Assembly (NCBI GenBank): GCA_002269645.1
Contig: NIVC01000111.1
Coordinates: forward strand, 248,001-312,000
From: Macrostomum lignano
Lineage: Eukaryota
Direction: 5' to 3'
DNA: 64,000 bases
The notes under the pieces were generated by a model that did no database searches, was not told where the DNA came from, and saw nothing but the letters and a program-made list of their open reading frames with translations. Below are positions 47,075 to 60,856 of the stretch, in pieces; positions within the stretch are counted from its first letter, which is position 1; each line of letters begins with the position of its first letter. A program made the translations under genes and the position numbers.

Positions 47075-48588
47075 TCAAACAGATTCATAATTCCCTCGCC
47101 TCTTATTTATGCCATCTTTAACCCAGCCGTAGGAGAACAGAGCCCCATCCCGCACCAGACCCGGAACTGACACCCAGAATTCGGCATTGGGCAGGGCCTG
47201 GGCACCGAAACTTTGTCGCCGAATGGCCACGTTAATTAATATGCCGGCGGCCAGGTAGACTGCAATGAGGCAGAAAAATATGATCAGCAGGATGTCGCCG
47301 CCGCTCATGCCTCCGCCGCCGCCGCCGTCTGGTCCGGGGCCGCCGGTCGCGCAGCAGTGCCGTGACAGCAGGCTCATCTTGTACAGCTCTGTTGAACCGC
47401 TGGATTGACCGTCGTCTAAGGGAGTGAGCAAGTCTTCTCCGCTGCCGGAGGTGTCGCACACCAGCTGCAGGTGGGTCTCTCTGGTCAGCTGGTCGCCCGA
47501 GAGCCCGCTGTACTTTAGCAGCAGGCCGAGGGTTGCGTCAGTTTCGAATGTTGCAGAGGCTTGAGTGCCCATGAGGTATTCCTGAGGAGTGGAGGACGGG
47601 TGAGCAGCGGTTGGGGCTTCCAGTTGTCATAGGATTCTGGGTAGTTTCTGTGGGATTATAGTTGCTATGGGGTTATAGTTGCTATGGGATTCTAGTTGCT
47701 ATGGGGTTCAGATTGCTGTGGTATTCAGATTGCTGTGGGATTCTGCCCGGTTTCTGCGAGATTCTGGTTGCTATGGCATTCTGGTTGCTATGGCATTCTG
47801 GGTCTTTGCTATGGGATTCTGCTCGGTTTCTGAGAGATTCTGGTTGCTATGGCATTCTGGTTGCTATGGCATTCTGGGTGTTTGCTAATGCAGGGTTTCT
47901 GGTTGCTGTGGGATTCTATAGTTGCTATGGGATTCTGCATGGTTGCTATAGGATTCCAATTGGTATGGGATTCTAGTTGCTATAGGATTGTGGTTGCTAT
48001 GGGATTCTAGTTGCCATGGGATTCTGGTTGCTATGGCATTTTAGTTGCCATTGCATTCTACTTGCTATGAAATTCAAGTTCAATGATTGCTACTGGGATT
48101 CTACTGAGAATGGGATTCCGATTGGCATCGTAAATAGTGCTGATTATACTACAGCAGCTTTGCAAAATAAGTTTATTCAATCACTCTTCATCGAAGCACC
48201 TGCCCAATGGCTTTGCTACCTGCAATTTATCGTTGGTCTTCTGGCACACCGCAGCGTCCGAGCTGCCATCGCAGGTGGCCCCATAGCACGGATTATAGTA
48301 ATAGAAAAAGCTCCCGCTTGGGCTGGTCTTATCGTTGAATGCAAAAACTCCGCCAGATTTTGCTAACGGCGAGAGGTCGACTCGACCACCGCTGTCTGTC
48401 TCGCAGCTGCAGGAGCTCAGCTGCTTCACGCAGTTAACGTTGCTAATCAATGCACGGTCTTCCCGGTGCACTGCAGATGAATTGATGGCAGCTTGAGTTT
48501 GTCCGATTGACAAACAGAATAGAGCGAGGCCGAGCCATGCGATGACAGCTGAAGGTGAACGCCCGAATGCTGCTTTCGCTGCTTGCAT
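47075..48588 (-). CDS. Type I membrane protein with one MRH domain (cation-dependent mannose-6-phosphate receptor/ATG27-like). Exons 48220-48588 and 47075-47581
   Basis: Signal peptide; DLSPL, YYYNPC, AVCQ, TRET.LQLVC, LY..SL.SRHCC; TM GDILLIIFFCLIAVYLAAGIL; LPNAEFW...GLVRDG; C-terminal YESV tyrosine sorting motif. Phase-0 junction KLQ|EYL. Confidence 0.85.
47620..48070. repeat. Degenerate intronic repeat built on gttgctatgg(g/c)attct
   Basis: Read directly. Confidence 0.8.
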
Positions 48589-50173
48589 ATTGCGGTGTTG
48601 CAGAATCGAAATTAATTATTTGAATTGACTTAATTATTTGCTACTGAGCAAGGATTTTACCACTGCTCACGCGGTTAACCGCTCAACTACATGTATATAG
48701 CTGTCTCGCTTTTATATCAGTTTTCAAAAAGATAAGAAATGAAACTTTCCAGGTGCTCGGCTTTTCTAACAGCCTTATGTATGCATTAAAATGCTGCAAC
48801 TTTTATTGGTGAGTGCGGGGGCAATTTACAGTACATTGTGCTGTGTACACAGGTGAAAGTGCATGCATGCTTTATACATGTACATGTACGAGCTACCTAC
48901 AATTATTTCCAGAATCGGCGTTGCTTCCCTCATTTTGGCGCCACAGACTGACACTCATATGTATTGTCGCCCTCTGAAGTATTGATTTCCATACGGGTCA
49001 CAGACAACAATTGATGCATGGGGCGGACGGACAATTAAAGTATTTGGCATGTCGACCCCCAGGGCCTTTATCGGGGGTGTACATGAACATTGTCACCCTG
49101 TCCCCCGGTGGTGACACCACACTACTGGTCCTAACAGTTAGCTGCGTCTGATTATACAGTCTCACCACAGGCACCATGCATTCGTACATGTTACATACAT
49201 GTATACCACACTGAACTTTTGTAAAAGATAATTTAATTCGTCCTGAATACATGTGTAGTTTTACTTGTAATATACATGTTAGTTAAAAAATAGCCTAACA
49301 AAGCCTAACATATACCAGTATCAAATACATGTGTATAGTTTACATATGCATGCACGTATGTACATGTATGAAGTCATTTTGTTGGAATGAAGTCGTCATG
49401 ATTAATTACATGTTACATATACATGTATATGTAATTAAAGCATGTTTTAACTAGTCGCTTAAGTGTTGGAATTATTGAATAAATGTTGATGATCGTAAAT
49501 AGCACGCATGGACAACTAAAATACAACTTCAATTGTCTATGCTTACTGTTAGTCAATGATTTAGTTAAAAATCAGCATACATGTTACATTGCCATACAAT
49601 CATACAGTATTACTCTACCATACATTTAATCAATACATTAATATACATATAAATGAATGTGAAATGAAACCTGCAGTTTTTTCTGAATTGTGCAGTGAGC
49701 ACGGGGTCTTGCATGCATTGTTGGAACCAAATGTGTTAATAGCTAGGATGTACATGTAAAATGTACGTTTATTGTTTTTAGTATTTTTATATTCGGAAAC
49801 CATGTGCTTGAAAAAAATATTTTTGCTTTAGAAACGATTTTTTAGAAAACATATTTTTTTCAGAAAATAGTCTGTACTTCTGCAATAATGGCAGTTGGGA
49901 GGTCACACTCTACTCGCAGGATACTTAACGAAGTAATGATAACTAAAACAATTAAGATTATAAAAATTGAATTTTTAATTTGATAAGTATTGTAGTAACT
50001 TAAACTAAACTTTATACGTTTTTTTGTCAGCTTTACAATTAAGTTCAAAATATTTTACTATCCCTTGTTATAGGAGATAAAAACTTTTAAAACAGCTTGC
50101 TTTCTTAGAACAAAAAACTGGCTGGAACTAGATAGAACTGCCGCAGTACCTTCAAGTATCCTTCAGGCCTTTT

Positions 50174-50391
50174 ACACCTTTTCACATTCAATTTTGATCA
50201 AAGTCCAGTTCTAAAAGAACTAGCGGAACTTCAATTCAGACTGAGGATAATTTTGTCTATGGCTAAACCTTACTTCGGTTAGAATGTTTTGAACTGGGGT
50301 TAGACTGGGCCCCAGTCTAAATTGTTCTGAATTGAATTTCCGCTAGGTTTTTTAGAACTGGACTATGATCAAAATTGAACTTGAAAAGGTG
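50174..50391. mobile_element. Tc1/mariner-type MITE, 218 bp, foldback, with TA target duplication
   Basis: TA|caccttttca...tgaaaaggtg|TA; ~65-bp imperfect arms; central palindrome ttagactggg-c-cccagtctaa. Confidence 0.75.
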
Positions 50392-50779
50392 TAGTACCTT
50401 TTAAGAGTAACTCTATCAAGTAATTTAGTATTTATTTTTATGTGCTTAGTGTCAATAATCTTTTTAGATAGTTTTAACGTTCATAGCTTATTGCTTTCAG
50501 CTCACTGCAATTTTATTTGCAATTATTTAGTTGTCTAATGCAGTCACATTGCAGTGTACATATTCCATGAGTCATTGAATTTTTCCAGGAGATGCTATGC
50601 AGCTATACTGAAAATTAAATGGCAAATCAAATGCCATTCCTCATGCTAGCTTAGCTGTCAATAGTTATTAACTAGCAATCTTCGCCCCCCGATGGGGGAC
50701 ATCTGGATAGAATCCTTGTTCTTTACAAATAACAAACAGACAGCGAAATAAAGCCTTCATAAAAAACAACAGACATTCC

Positions 50780-51550
50780 CTCTAAAAACAAAACATCCCA
50801 AGACAGCAAGCATCCTCAGACAGCATTCAAGCATCGATCCCCAAATAGCGAAATCCTCCAAACTGCAAGCATCCCCCAGATAGCAAGCATCCCCCAGACC
50901 CCAGATAGTAAGCATCCCCTAGACTGCAAGCAACCCCTGATAGCAAGTATCCCCCAGATAGCAAGCAATCCCCCAGACCGCAAGCAACCCCAGATAGCAA
51001 GCATTAACCTGGATACAAAGAGACCTTATAGATATCTAGCAACCCCCTCTTAGATAGCAAGTACCCTCCACCCCCCAAGAGCAAGCATCTCCCAATAGCA
51101 AGTTACCCCAGTAGCAAGCATCCTTCCGATAGCAAGCATCCCCTTGATAGCAAGTTTCCATCCTTAAATAGCAAGCATCCACCAGAGAAAGTAGCCAGTG
51201 CAACAATTTCCTTAGCTTTATAGTGGCTCCATTTTGTTTGGCATGACACTTCTTTTATGTTTGAAACGGTGTCTCTTTTATGTTTAAAAAGGTGGCTCTT
51301 TAATGTTGACATAGTGGCTCTTCTATGTTTACCATGGCGGCCCTTTTACGTTTGAAATGTTGTCTCTGTTATGTTTGACATGGTGGCTCTTCTATGTTTG
51401 ACATGGTGTCTCTTCATTGTTTGACATAGTGGCTTAGTTGTTTGACATGGTGGCTCTTTTATGTTTGGCATGGTGGCTCTTTTATGTTTAACATGGTGGC
51501 TCTTTAATGTTTGACACTGAGTCACGTAAATGTTTGACATGATGAGCTTG
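50780..51550. repeat. Two adjacent degenerate arrays (agcaagcatcccccagat; atgtttgacatggtggctcttt)
   Basis: Read directly; highly diverged. Confidence 0.7.
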
Positions 51551-53656
51551 TCAAGGTAAGAGCCATGCCCATAGTTGAGATGGTGCAGCATGATATGCTA
51601 GAAAAAATTGCCTATGGCAAAATTATTCTTACCAACAACCCATAGTTTGGAAGGCAACATGTATGCCACAATTTCCTAGCAAACAACAAGGGTCTTACCA
51701 TTTTCTTAGCATATATCAAAGTGTATCCTAGTATATATAGCACAGTAGATCATATAACCTTCCAAAGCATAGGCCTAAGCCATGAGTCCCATGACCAACC
51801 ATCATTTCATTGCTTACCACTCAATTGATAATCAATTGAGTAATTAATAACAAATTAGTAATTTGCCTAAATAGCTTAGTGTTTCAGCCTATGTCTAGGG
51901 CCTAATTGTTTATAGTTTTGATAAAGAATTTTCTAGATCAAGATTTTGCTTTAAAGCACAAGTAAATAAAAATTTTTCTATTTAACTCTATATCTATCAA
52001 TCTATTTTATTTAAAAATTAAATTTATCATTTCTCCTTACACTCATATTATAATTACTAAGAATCTATTCCTCTTCAATTCTTCAAGATGAATTGAATTA
52101 TCTAAGTTTAATTGTAAAAGAGCATTGAATAAAATAAATTTATTTTATTTTTTAAAATTATAAAAATAAAAAAAACTCAAAATTTATATAAATAAAAATT
52201 GATTTTGAGATTTGCCTGCAATGCTTTTTCCTTGCCCCATGGCAATGCTTAGTAAGTTTTAATAAAGAAATTTTCTTGATTAAAATATTTCTGATTGTAG
52301 GCTTACTGCATATCTATCAAATGCATGTTTTCTTGTAGGTATTTAATTCTATTTGCATGTAGGGGTAGGCCTACATTCATAAGCTATTAATTCATGCATA
52401 TGCCATGTCACTTTGTCCTTCAAATCTATTTATTAGGGCCCCCTAAGACTTATGCCTATAGTTTTATGGTAGTAATGGTACTAAGCATTGGGGAGAGAGG
52501 AATGGGGAATGGGAGAATTCAGACAACATCTGCTATGTGACTAAATATATTGCAAGAATAAAACTGGGCAAACCTCAGTGGGAAAAAATTGACAGGCAAT
52601 TTGACTTATTATGGAATAATTGCAAAATGAACAAATCTTGGTAGACAACTCTTGGCAGATAAATATAAATGGGCAATTCATTCACGGGCAAAATTCACTA
52701 TAGACAAATATTGGCAAAAAAAGCTCAATGGGCAAATCTTCCAAAGGCAATTAGCAAATATTAGTAGGGCTTTTGTCTATTGGCAATTCTTGTATTCCCT
52801 CTAATGGTTAATAATGAATTGATTTTTAAAAAGTTAAAAATAGCCTAATTAACACTTTTATGTACCTAGATTATTTGCAAAAATATAAAAGACAAGTTAA
52901 TTAAAATAAAATTTAAGATTTAACTCTATCTATGTTTCTATATTTTTATGTTATAAATTTTTGTTTGAGGAATGTTTTGTAGAATTGTAGAGGTTTTATG
53001 CATTTATGTTGAAGGCAAAGTGCAAAGGGGATATAGCCCTCCTCCCCAGTGACTCAACTGCCTAAGGGGGGCACACTCCTATTCCTCTAGGGATGACCAT
53101 CTTCCTATCCCCCTAGGGGTAACCACTTTCTTATCTCTCCATGGGGTGACCAATAAAATTTAAATTTTTAAGATTTTAGTGTAATGAGTTGCACTAATTC
53201 TAAATATTTGCTAGGGAAGGGAGGTGACCACCTGACCTGACCATACCCCTCCCCTAATTAGAGGTGCTACACAATCCTTCCACTCATTTTAAGACATTTT
53301 CTGGATACTATATGCATAAAAAATCATATATTGAAAATTAGCAAGAAATAGATCTAAAGAGAATTTTTTAAGTGCTTTCTAATATTTAAATAGAACTTTG
53401 AATGGGCTTAGGCCTATGTTTGTTTATCTTAGTTCTTGCCAATTGAATTTAAACCAAAGTGCATAGTGAAATTTTCTATCATAGCAAAATTGCTTTGAAT
53501 GTATTATATTTATTACTATATTTTTTTGTTGTTTTCTAGTACCATAAATTGACTCTAGTCAAAACCTTATCAGACTTCTGTCTTGCAATTTCATGTGAAA
53601 TACATTTAACAATCAGAATTATTGCAAGGTAACATTAATAAAAATCATAATAAAAA

Positions 53657-56600
53657 ATGCAAAACTTTTTAATCTGGTCTATGGATGCAGTATCAGGATT
53701 GTACAGTCTAGTCACACTGCCTCTATACTATGCCGCTAATTTGACATTTTGGCCAAATTCGACTACTGTTAGTAGTAGCAAACAACAGGCTGTAGTAGCT
53801 ACCGTGAAAGTTGACTATCCGGGAACTGATGAAGATGGCAGCTGCCCAGCTGTGTGGGCCAGCTCAGCTGTGGCGCAGGCGGCTGCGGAGACTGGCAAGT
53901 CAGTGCCTGACTGTCTGGCTAGCAGGCCCTTTGCCGGAGTTGAGAATCTGGCAGATCTGCTGGATCAAGCGGCTGGCAAGTACCCCGAGCGGCGCTGCTT
54001 TGGCACCCGGCAGCTGCTGGCGGAGACAGACGAGGTGAGCTTCTAATGCTGGTCGATTGATATTGCTCGTATTTTGAGTAACTGTAAGTTCAATAGTTGA
54101 GGGACTTTGTGAACTTTATAGCAGGTTTGTTGAATTTTTAATTGGCCTGAATCTGAACTGTTTCATTACAGACAGACTGATCGGTACACTAAGACAGACA
54201 GACAGATAGACACTAAGGCAGACAGACAGACAGACAGACAGACACAGACAGAAGGACAGACTGACACACAGACAGACAGACAGACAGACAGACAGTTATT
54301 TAAGACCTTCATTGGATCCCAAATTGCATTTCTGCATCTTCCTTATTAAACATGACTGTATAAAAAACTTTCAGATTTAGATCGCACACCAGCTCAGACA
54401 GTCACAGACTGTCCCATTGACAGTTCAGGTACTGCATACATACAGATATTAACTGCTGTTTGGCAGTGCAATTCACCTGCGCTTGCTTAGCGGCAAAATT
54501 GCTTCTCAAATTTGCAATTAATTTGCTTTGAAGGGCTGCTGTACGAGCTAACTGTGTGCTGATAAATCATACTTGGCCTGAATTTTTTAGTCTGAATATT
54601 TTACCGAACACTTTGAATTTGATTTTTGGCTTTTTAGCGTTTATTGAAAATTTTCATTACAAACCAATGAAAATGATTAAGATTTTATTTGTAAGCTCGT
54701 AATCTGCTTTTAGGGTGCTCTTGATTGCTTAATATAGAGTCCTTGTTATTTAGTCAGTGTTTGCCACAGTTCATAGTCATGAGGTCAATTTGATTGTCAT
54801 GAAGTCTCAGTCATCCAAGCAGTCATGAAATCATTACAGTAATCATAGTCACTCCGTTATTCATAGAGTCACTCATTTAGTCAAAAAGTCACTCCGTTAT
54901 TCATAAGAGTCACTCCATTATTCATAGAGTCACTCTGTTAGTCATAGAGTCACTCTGTTAGTCATAAGAGTCACTCCGTTAGTCATAGAGTCACTCTGTT
55001 AGTCATAGAGTCGCTCCGTTAGTCATAGAGTCACTCTGTTAGTCATAGAGTCGCTCCGTTATTCATAGAGTCACTCCGTTAGTCATAGAGTCACTCCGTT
55101 AGTCATAGAGTCACTCCGTTAGTCATAGAGTCACTCCGTTAGTCATAGAGTCACTCCGTTAGTCATAGAGTCACTCCGTTAGTCATAGAGTCACTCCGTT
55201 ATTCATAGAGTCACTTATTTAGTCAAAGAGTCACTCCGTTATTCATAGAGTCACTCCGTTAGTCATAGAGTCACTCCGTTAGTCATAGAGTCACTATGTT
55301 AGTCATAGAGTCACTCCGTTAGTCATAGAGTCACTCCGTTAGTCATAGAGTCACTCCGTTAGTCATAGAGTCACTCATTTAGTCAAAGAGTCATCATAGA
55401 CTCCCAGCGTATCTAACTATCATAACGAAAAGTTTCTCAACCCCGTGACTGAGCCATCGACATCTGAACCCCCTCACCAGCTTCAACCAGACGGTCGCAA
55501 GTTCAAGAAGCAGTCGCTGGGCCCCTACAGCTGGCTGAGTTATCGCTCAGTTCACCGTCGGGTTATTCAACTGGCCAAGAGTCTCCGCTCGCAGCGGCAG
55601 CAGCAGCTCGGCCTCAGGCCCGGCGTTCGGGTGGCTCTGTACGCGGAGACCCGGGCAGACTGGCAGCTGTGCGCTCAGGCCTGCTTCCGCTGCGGCCTGC
55701 CCGTGGTGACGCTGTACGCCAGCCTGGGCGAGGACGCCCTGGCCTACGGCGTCAACCAGTCGGAGGCTGCAGTGCTGGTGACCTCGCTGAGCCTGCTGGA
55801 CAAGGTCACCAAGATGCTGGATCAGATGCCCAACATCCGGTGCGTCATCTACCTAGACGGCGGAGTTGGCGATGAATCGGCACTAGTGTCGGGCAGGCCT
55901 GCCGAAAGTCGACAGTCGGTGCGGCTGGTCGGACTCAGTCAGCTGATTGGCGAGGATGTCGACGATGCGACGGAGGACGATACAGCGGCGGCGGCGGTGT
56001 CGGAGCCGGGCGACCTGGCCGTGCTGATGTACACCAGTGGCAGCACGGGCCAGCCTAAGGGAGTGATGATCAGCCACGCCAACCTGCTGGCAATGGCAGC
56101 CGGCGTTGCCAGGCGAATTCCCGAGCTGGGGAGTCGGGCCGATGACAGCTACCTGGCTTACCTGCCGCTGGCTCACGTGCTGGAGCTGGCAGCTGAGCTG
56201 GCTTGTCTGGCTTGCGGAGTCGCCATCGGCTACGGCAGCCCGCTGACGCTGACGGATGCGTCCAATAAGGTGAGGCGAGGCATTGCCTGGCGGTGAATAC
56301 TAATTAGTTGTCGGCAAGATCAAAGAGTCCAGTTATTCTAACTAATTAGTTGTCGGCAAGATCAAAGAGTCCAGTTATTTTAACTAATTATTTGTCGGCA
56401 AGATCAAAGAGTCCAGTTATTCTAACTAATTAGTTTTCGGCAAGATCAAAGAGTCCAGTTATTCTAACTAATTAGTTGTCGGCAAGATCAAAGAGTCCAG
56501 TTATTTTAACTAATTATTTGTCGGCAAGATCAAAGAGTCCAGTTATTCTAACTAATTAGTTTTCGGCAAGATCAAAGAGTCCAGTTATTCTAACTAATTA

Positions 56601-58814
56601 GTTGTCAGCAAAATCAAAGAGTCCAGTTATTTCAACTAATTAGTTGTCGGCAAGATAAAAAAGTCCAGTTATTCTAACTAATTAGTTGTCGGCAAGATCA
56701 AAGAGTCCAGTTATTTAACTAATTCGTTGTCGGCAAGATCAAAAAGTCCTGTTTTTTTAACTAATTGGTAATTGACAAGATCAAAGCCTCCAGTTATGTA
56801 ATTAATTGGTTGTCGGCAAGATCAAAGCCTCCAAACTGCCCGGCAGGTGAAGCCCGGCACACCTGGCGACGCCACCGCACTGCGGCCCAGCCTGATGGCC
56901 GCCGTGCCCGCAGTGCTGGACCGCGCCTCGCGCGCTGTTCGCGACCGGGCAGAGGCGCGCGGCGCCATCGGGCGCGCCTTGCTGACCTGGGCGCTGGATT
57001 ACAAACTTCGCTGGGGACTGCGGGGCTGGGCCACCCCGCTGCTTGACCGGCTGGTATTTAAGAAGGTAAGGCCGGGTATTGCGCATATTTAAAATCAAAA
57101 TACGAATGTACATGTAAAGCAGACCCGATTGAGGAAATCTCTATACAACTCCGCGTTTAAATCCCATAGATGTGGAATCAAAAAAGTCTCGAAAACAAGA
57201 CTCACACCCGAAATTCCACATAAAAAATCCCGCATCTAAAATCCCTTATCGAAAAATCCCACACCAAAAATCCTATATAAAAATCCCACATCATAAAATC
57301 CCATATACAAAAATCCACACCAAAAAATCCCATATAAAATAATCCCACACCAAAAAATCCTATATAAAATAATCCTACACCAAAAAATCCCATATAAAAA
57401 TCCCACATCATAAAATCCCACACCATAAAATCCCACACCATAAAATCCCACACCATAAAATCCCACACCATAAAATCCCACACCCAAAAAATCCCACACC
57501 AAAACTCCCGCAGGTGAGCGTTATCCTGGGCGGCCGGCTGCGCCTTATGCTGTCCGGCGGCGCCCCGCTGTCGGCCGAGACGCACACCTTCGCCATGTCG
57601 GCATTCGGCAGCCCGGTGGTGCAGGGCTTCGGCCTCACCGAGACCTGCGGCGCCGGCTGCATACAGGCCAGCCCCGGGCCCGGCCACCAGCCGCTGGCCG
57701 CCACCCCGTTGGGCTCGGCCGGGCCTCCGCTGGACTCCTGCCTGCTGCGCCTGCGGGACTGGCCGGAGGGCGGCTACTCCAAGGCGGACAAGCCGTGGCC
57801 GAGAGGCGAGCTGCTCATCGGGGGGCCCTGCGTAACGGCCGGGTATTTTCAAATGCCCGAGCTGACCGGCCAAGACTTCTGGACTGACGGCTGCGGCGTG
57901 CGATGGTTCTGCACCGGCGATGTTGGACAGGTGGCCGGGACAGCCGGACTGCAGATTGTGGACAGGAAGAAAGACCTGGTCAAGCTGCAGGTGGGTCTTT
58001 GTTTGTTTAATAGTTTATCAGTCAAAATTAGTCTTTGTTTTTATGCTGTGTGTTATCAACTTAGTCTTTGTTCTAATCTGGAATATCAGTGAGCTATCAA
58101 ATTAGTCTTTGTTCTAATCTGGAATATCAGTGAGCTATCAAATTAGTCTTTGTTCTAATCTGGAATATCAGTGAGCTGTCAAATTAGTCTTTGTTCTAAT
58201 CTGGAATATCAGTGAGCTATCAAATTAGTCTTTGTTCTAATCTGGAATATCAGTGAGCTGTCAAATTAGTCTTTGTTCAAATCTGGAATATCAGTGAGCT
58301 GTCAGTGTCATGATGTGCCCGATGCCAACTCTATCAACCATTGCTGCAGGGAGGCGAGTACGTGTCCCTGGGCAAGGTGGAGCTGGCGCTCAGCAGCTCG
58401 CCAATTGTGGAGCAGCTGTGCGCCTATGCCGACAGTCGCCGCGACTTCGTGGTGCTGCTGGTTGTGCCGAAACGACGCCGGCTGATGCAGCTGGCGCAGC
58501 AGCTGGGCCTCCGGCCAGTGCCAACTGACGCCACAGGCGGCGGCCAGAGCCACGCCAACGGCGACGGGCTCCAGCCGGACGAGGCGCTGCTGTCCGACCC
58601 TCGGCTGAGAAAGGCGGCCCTGGACGAGCTGACCGCCGCGGCCAAGGGTCGGCTGGAGCGGTTCGAGACTCCGGCCCAGGTGCACCTGTGCGCTGAGACC
58701 GCCTGGCTGCCGGAGTCTGGCCTCGTCACCGACTCGTTCAAGCTGCGCCGGCGGCAGCTGCTGGACCGCTACAGAAAGGCGATTGAGGATATGTACGGAC
58801 GGGAGGACTGCTAG
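53657..58814 (+). CDS. ACSL3/4: Long-chain fatty acyl-CoA synthetase, ACSL3/4 subgroup, ~775 aa. Exons 53657-54034, 55481-56269, 56847-57065, 57514-57990, 58350-58814
   Basis: All junctions GT-AG and phase 0. Motifs: E|LQPDGRKFKK..LGPYSW, MYTSGSTGQPKGV, YLPLAHVLE, MLSGGAPL, QGFGLTETCGAG, FCTGDVG, DRKKDLVKLQ|GGEYVSLGKVE, LVTDSFKLRR. Confidence 0.95.
54840..55385. repeat. Intronic 20-bp minisatellite agtcatagagtcactccgtt; (AGAC)n tract at ~54170-54296 in the same intron
   Basis: Read directly. Confidence 0.9.
56299..56832. repeat. Intronic 42-bp minisatellite actaattagttgtcggcaagatcaaagagtccagttattcta
   Basis: Period 42 (56299 to 56341). Confidence 0.95.
57215..57505. repeat. Intronic ~15-bp minisatellite aaaatcccacaccat
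   Basis: Read directly. Confidence 0.9.
58030..58305. repeat. Intronic 41-bp minisatellite aaattagtctttgttctaatctggaatatcagtgagctatc
   Basis: Period 41 (58099 to 58140). Confidence 0.9.
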
Positions 58815-59180
58815 AGTGGCGTCTGTGTACCTGTGGATTGCTAGACTGGCGTCTGTGTACCTGTGGATTGCTAGACTGGCGTCTGTGTACCTGTGGATTG
58901 CTAGACTGGCGTCTGTGAACCTGTGGATTGCTAGACTGGCGTCTGTGTACCTGTGGATTGCTAGACTGGCGTCTGTGTACCTGTAGATTGCTAGACTGGC
59001 GTCTGTGTACCTGTGGATTGCTAGACTGGCGTCTGTGTACCTGTGGATTGCTAGACTGGCGTCTGTGTACCTGTGGATTGCTAGACTGGCGTCTGTGTAC
59101 CTGTGGATTGCTAGACTGGCGTCTGTGTACTTGTGGATTGCTAGACTGGCATCTGTGTACTTGTGGATTGCTAGACTGGA
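58810..59180. repeat. 30-bp minisatellite gctagactggcgtctgtgtacctgtggatt starting at the ACSL stop codon
   Basis: Read directly. Confidence 0.95.
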
Positions 59181-60856
59181 GTTTATTCGAATTTAAAATC
59201 AAATTCCTAAATTCTTAGATTGCCGCTAGTGTGTTTAGGCTTTAGAAACTTCTATTAAGTTTAGGAGTGGGAACAAGCGGATCGCTAGCTAAGGAAAAAT
59301 GAAGCATCTGTACTGATAGCGCATCACTAGTTAGTACATAGTAGAACTTCTCAATCGATAATTATAGATTTATTGATTTTTTCAGTTTTTAATTTTTTTG
59401 TGCCGTAATTGCTACCGGTCAGAGTCTCCAATTGTGTTTTCTTTGCCAAGAATTGCAATAATTTGCCTTTTTTCTTTAGGCCAGTAGCCTTTTTTACTTG
59501 CATTACTTGCATCCCAGTAAATAATGTGCAATCTCCCCTAAGCACCAGCGTGCATAGTCTTGATGCTACTCCAATAGTCCAATAGGTTGCTTTTGTCGGT
59601 CATTTTTTCATGCCCTGGTTTTTTAACTGTTCCGCATATTAATTTTAATGGCAACATCTCTAAGTGCTCAAACAGCACGGCTGTGTCAAAGTGCAATCGC
59701 AGATTCAAGTGCTAACATTTTAGCACCATTTTTTAGTTTTTTATTTCAACTTTAAGTGAGAGTAACTTTGCACTGTGCAGGTCCTGGAGACTTCGGAAAT
59801 ACACAGCTATCAGCTCATTCATTTCTCTTCTCTATCGGATCGTTTTCAATTCATTGCCACTCCGGATTCGAACTCCAAACCCAAATGACTCAAGTCGCTG
59901 ATTATGAAAGATCATGAGCAGGCGTGTGCAGAAATTTGATGGATATATTTTGACTGTCAATCAACTTTCACAGAGCTGGAGAGATGATGTTAATTAATTT
60001 ATTGCCAAGCCGCTGGCTCTGATTTTGAATTGATAATTAAATATATTTGTTAATCCATTTGCACTATGTAGGGGATAAGCTGGAGGGATTATACTAGTAT
60101 GGGGGTATCATAGGCTGTTCGCGACAGGCTTGCCAATGCATTTGGTGAAAATGCTCCGAGGGGACGCGCAGCTCAATAATAATATTAATAATATGGTAAA
60201 TAAATGATCAGCATACAAAACTGAACACAAGAAACTGACTGCAGAAAAAGCAAAAAAAACAATACAATTAGAGAGAACTGCTGCGCAATGGGCTCGGGGA
60301 GAGACAGATAAATATTTAAATAGCAGTGGCAATATAATAGAAGAATTGCAATATTTATTTATTAAATGATCATAATAATAGTCATCGGTGAATAGGGGTT
60401 TGGAATTTTTTAATAAGCAATTTCTGCTATTGCTAACAGAGCTTTGCTGGGTACCTACGTAACAAAACAGATATTTTTATCCGGAATAACTAAAAATAGA
60501 CCGCAACATGCTACTACTGCTACTGCTACAAAGAGAAAAGTAATATGTATGGCGTAAAAAGCGAGCTAGAAATCCAGGGCTGTGATTGATTAATTTCAAT
60601 AGATTCACGACGGGGACTGATTGAATTATTGGGATGAGGCTACTTAATTAGTTTTGTTGCTGTAGAAAATAAAAAGCCGACTGCGACAGGCTGCTCAAGC
60701 GGGAAAAGGTGCACGAGGATCTTGCTTGCTGCTGGGTGGCGCACTTGAAAACAAAAATTACAATGACACACAACACAGACGTAGACTCATGGAATCACGA
60801 AAAAGTACACACAGTCCTATCAAAAAGTACTTGGTTGCTGCGAGGCTGCTGGTAGC

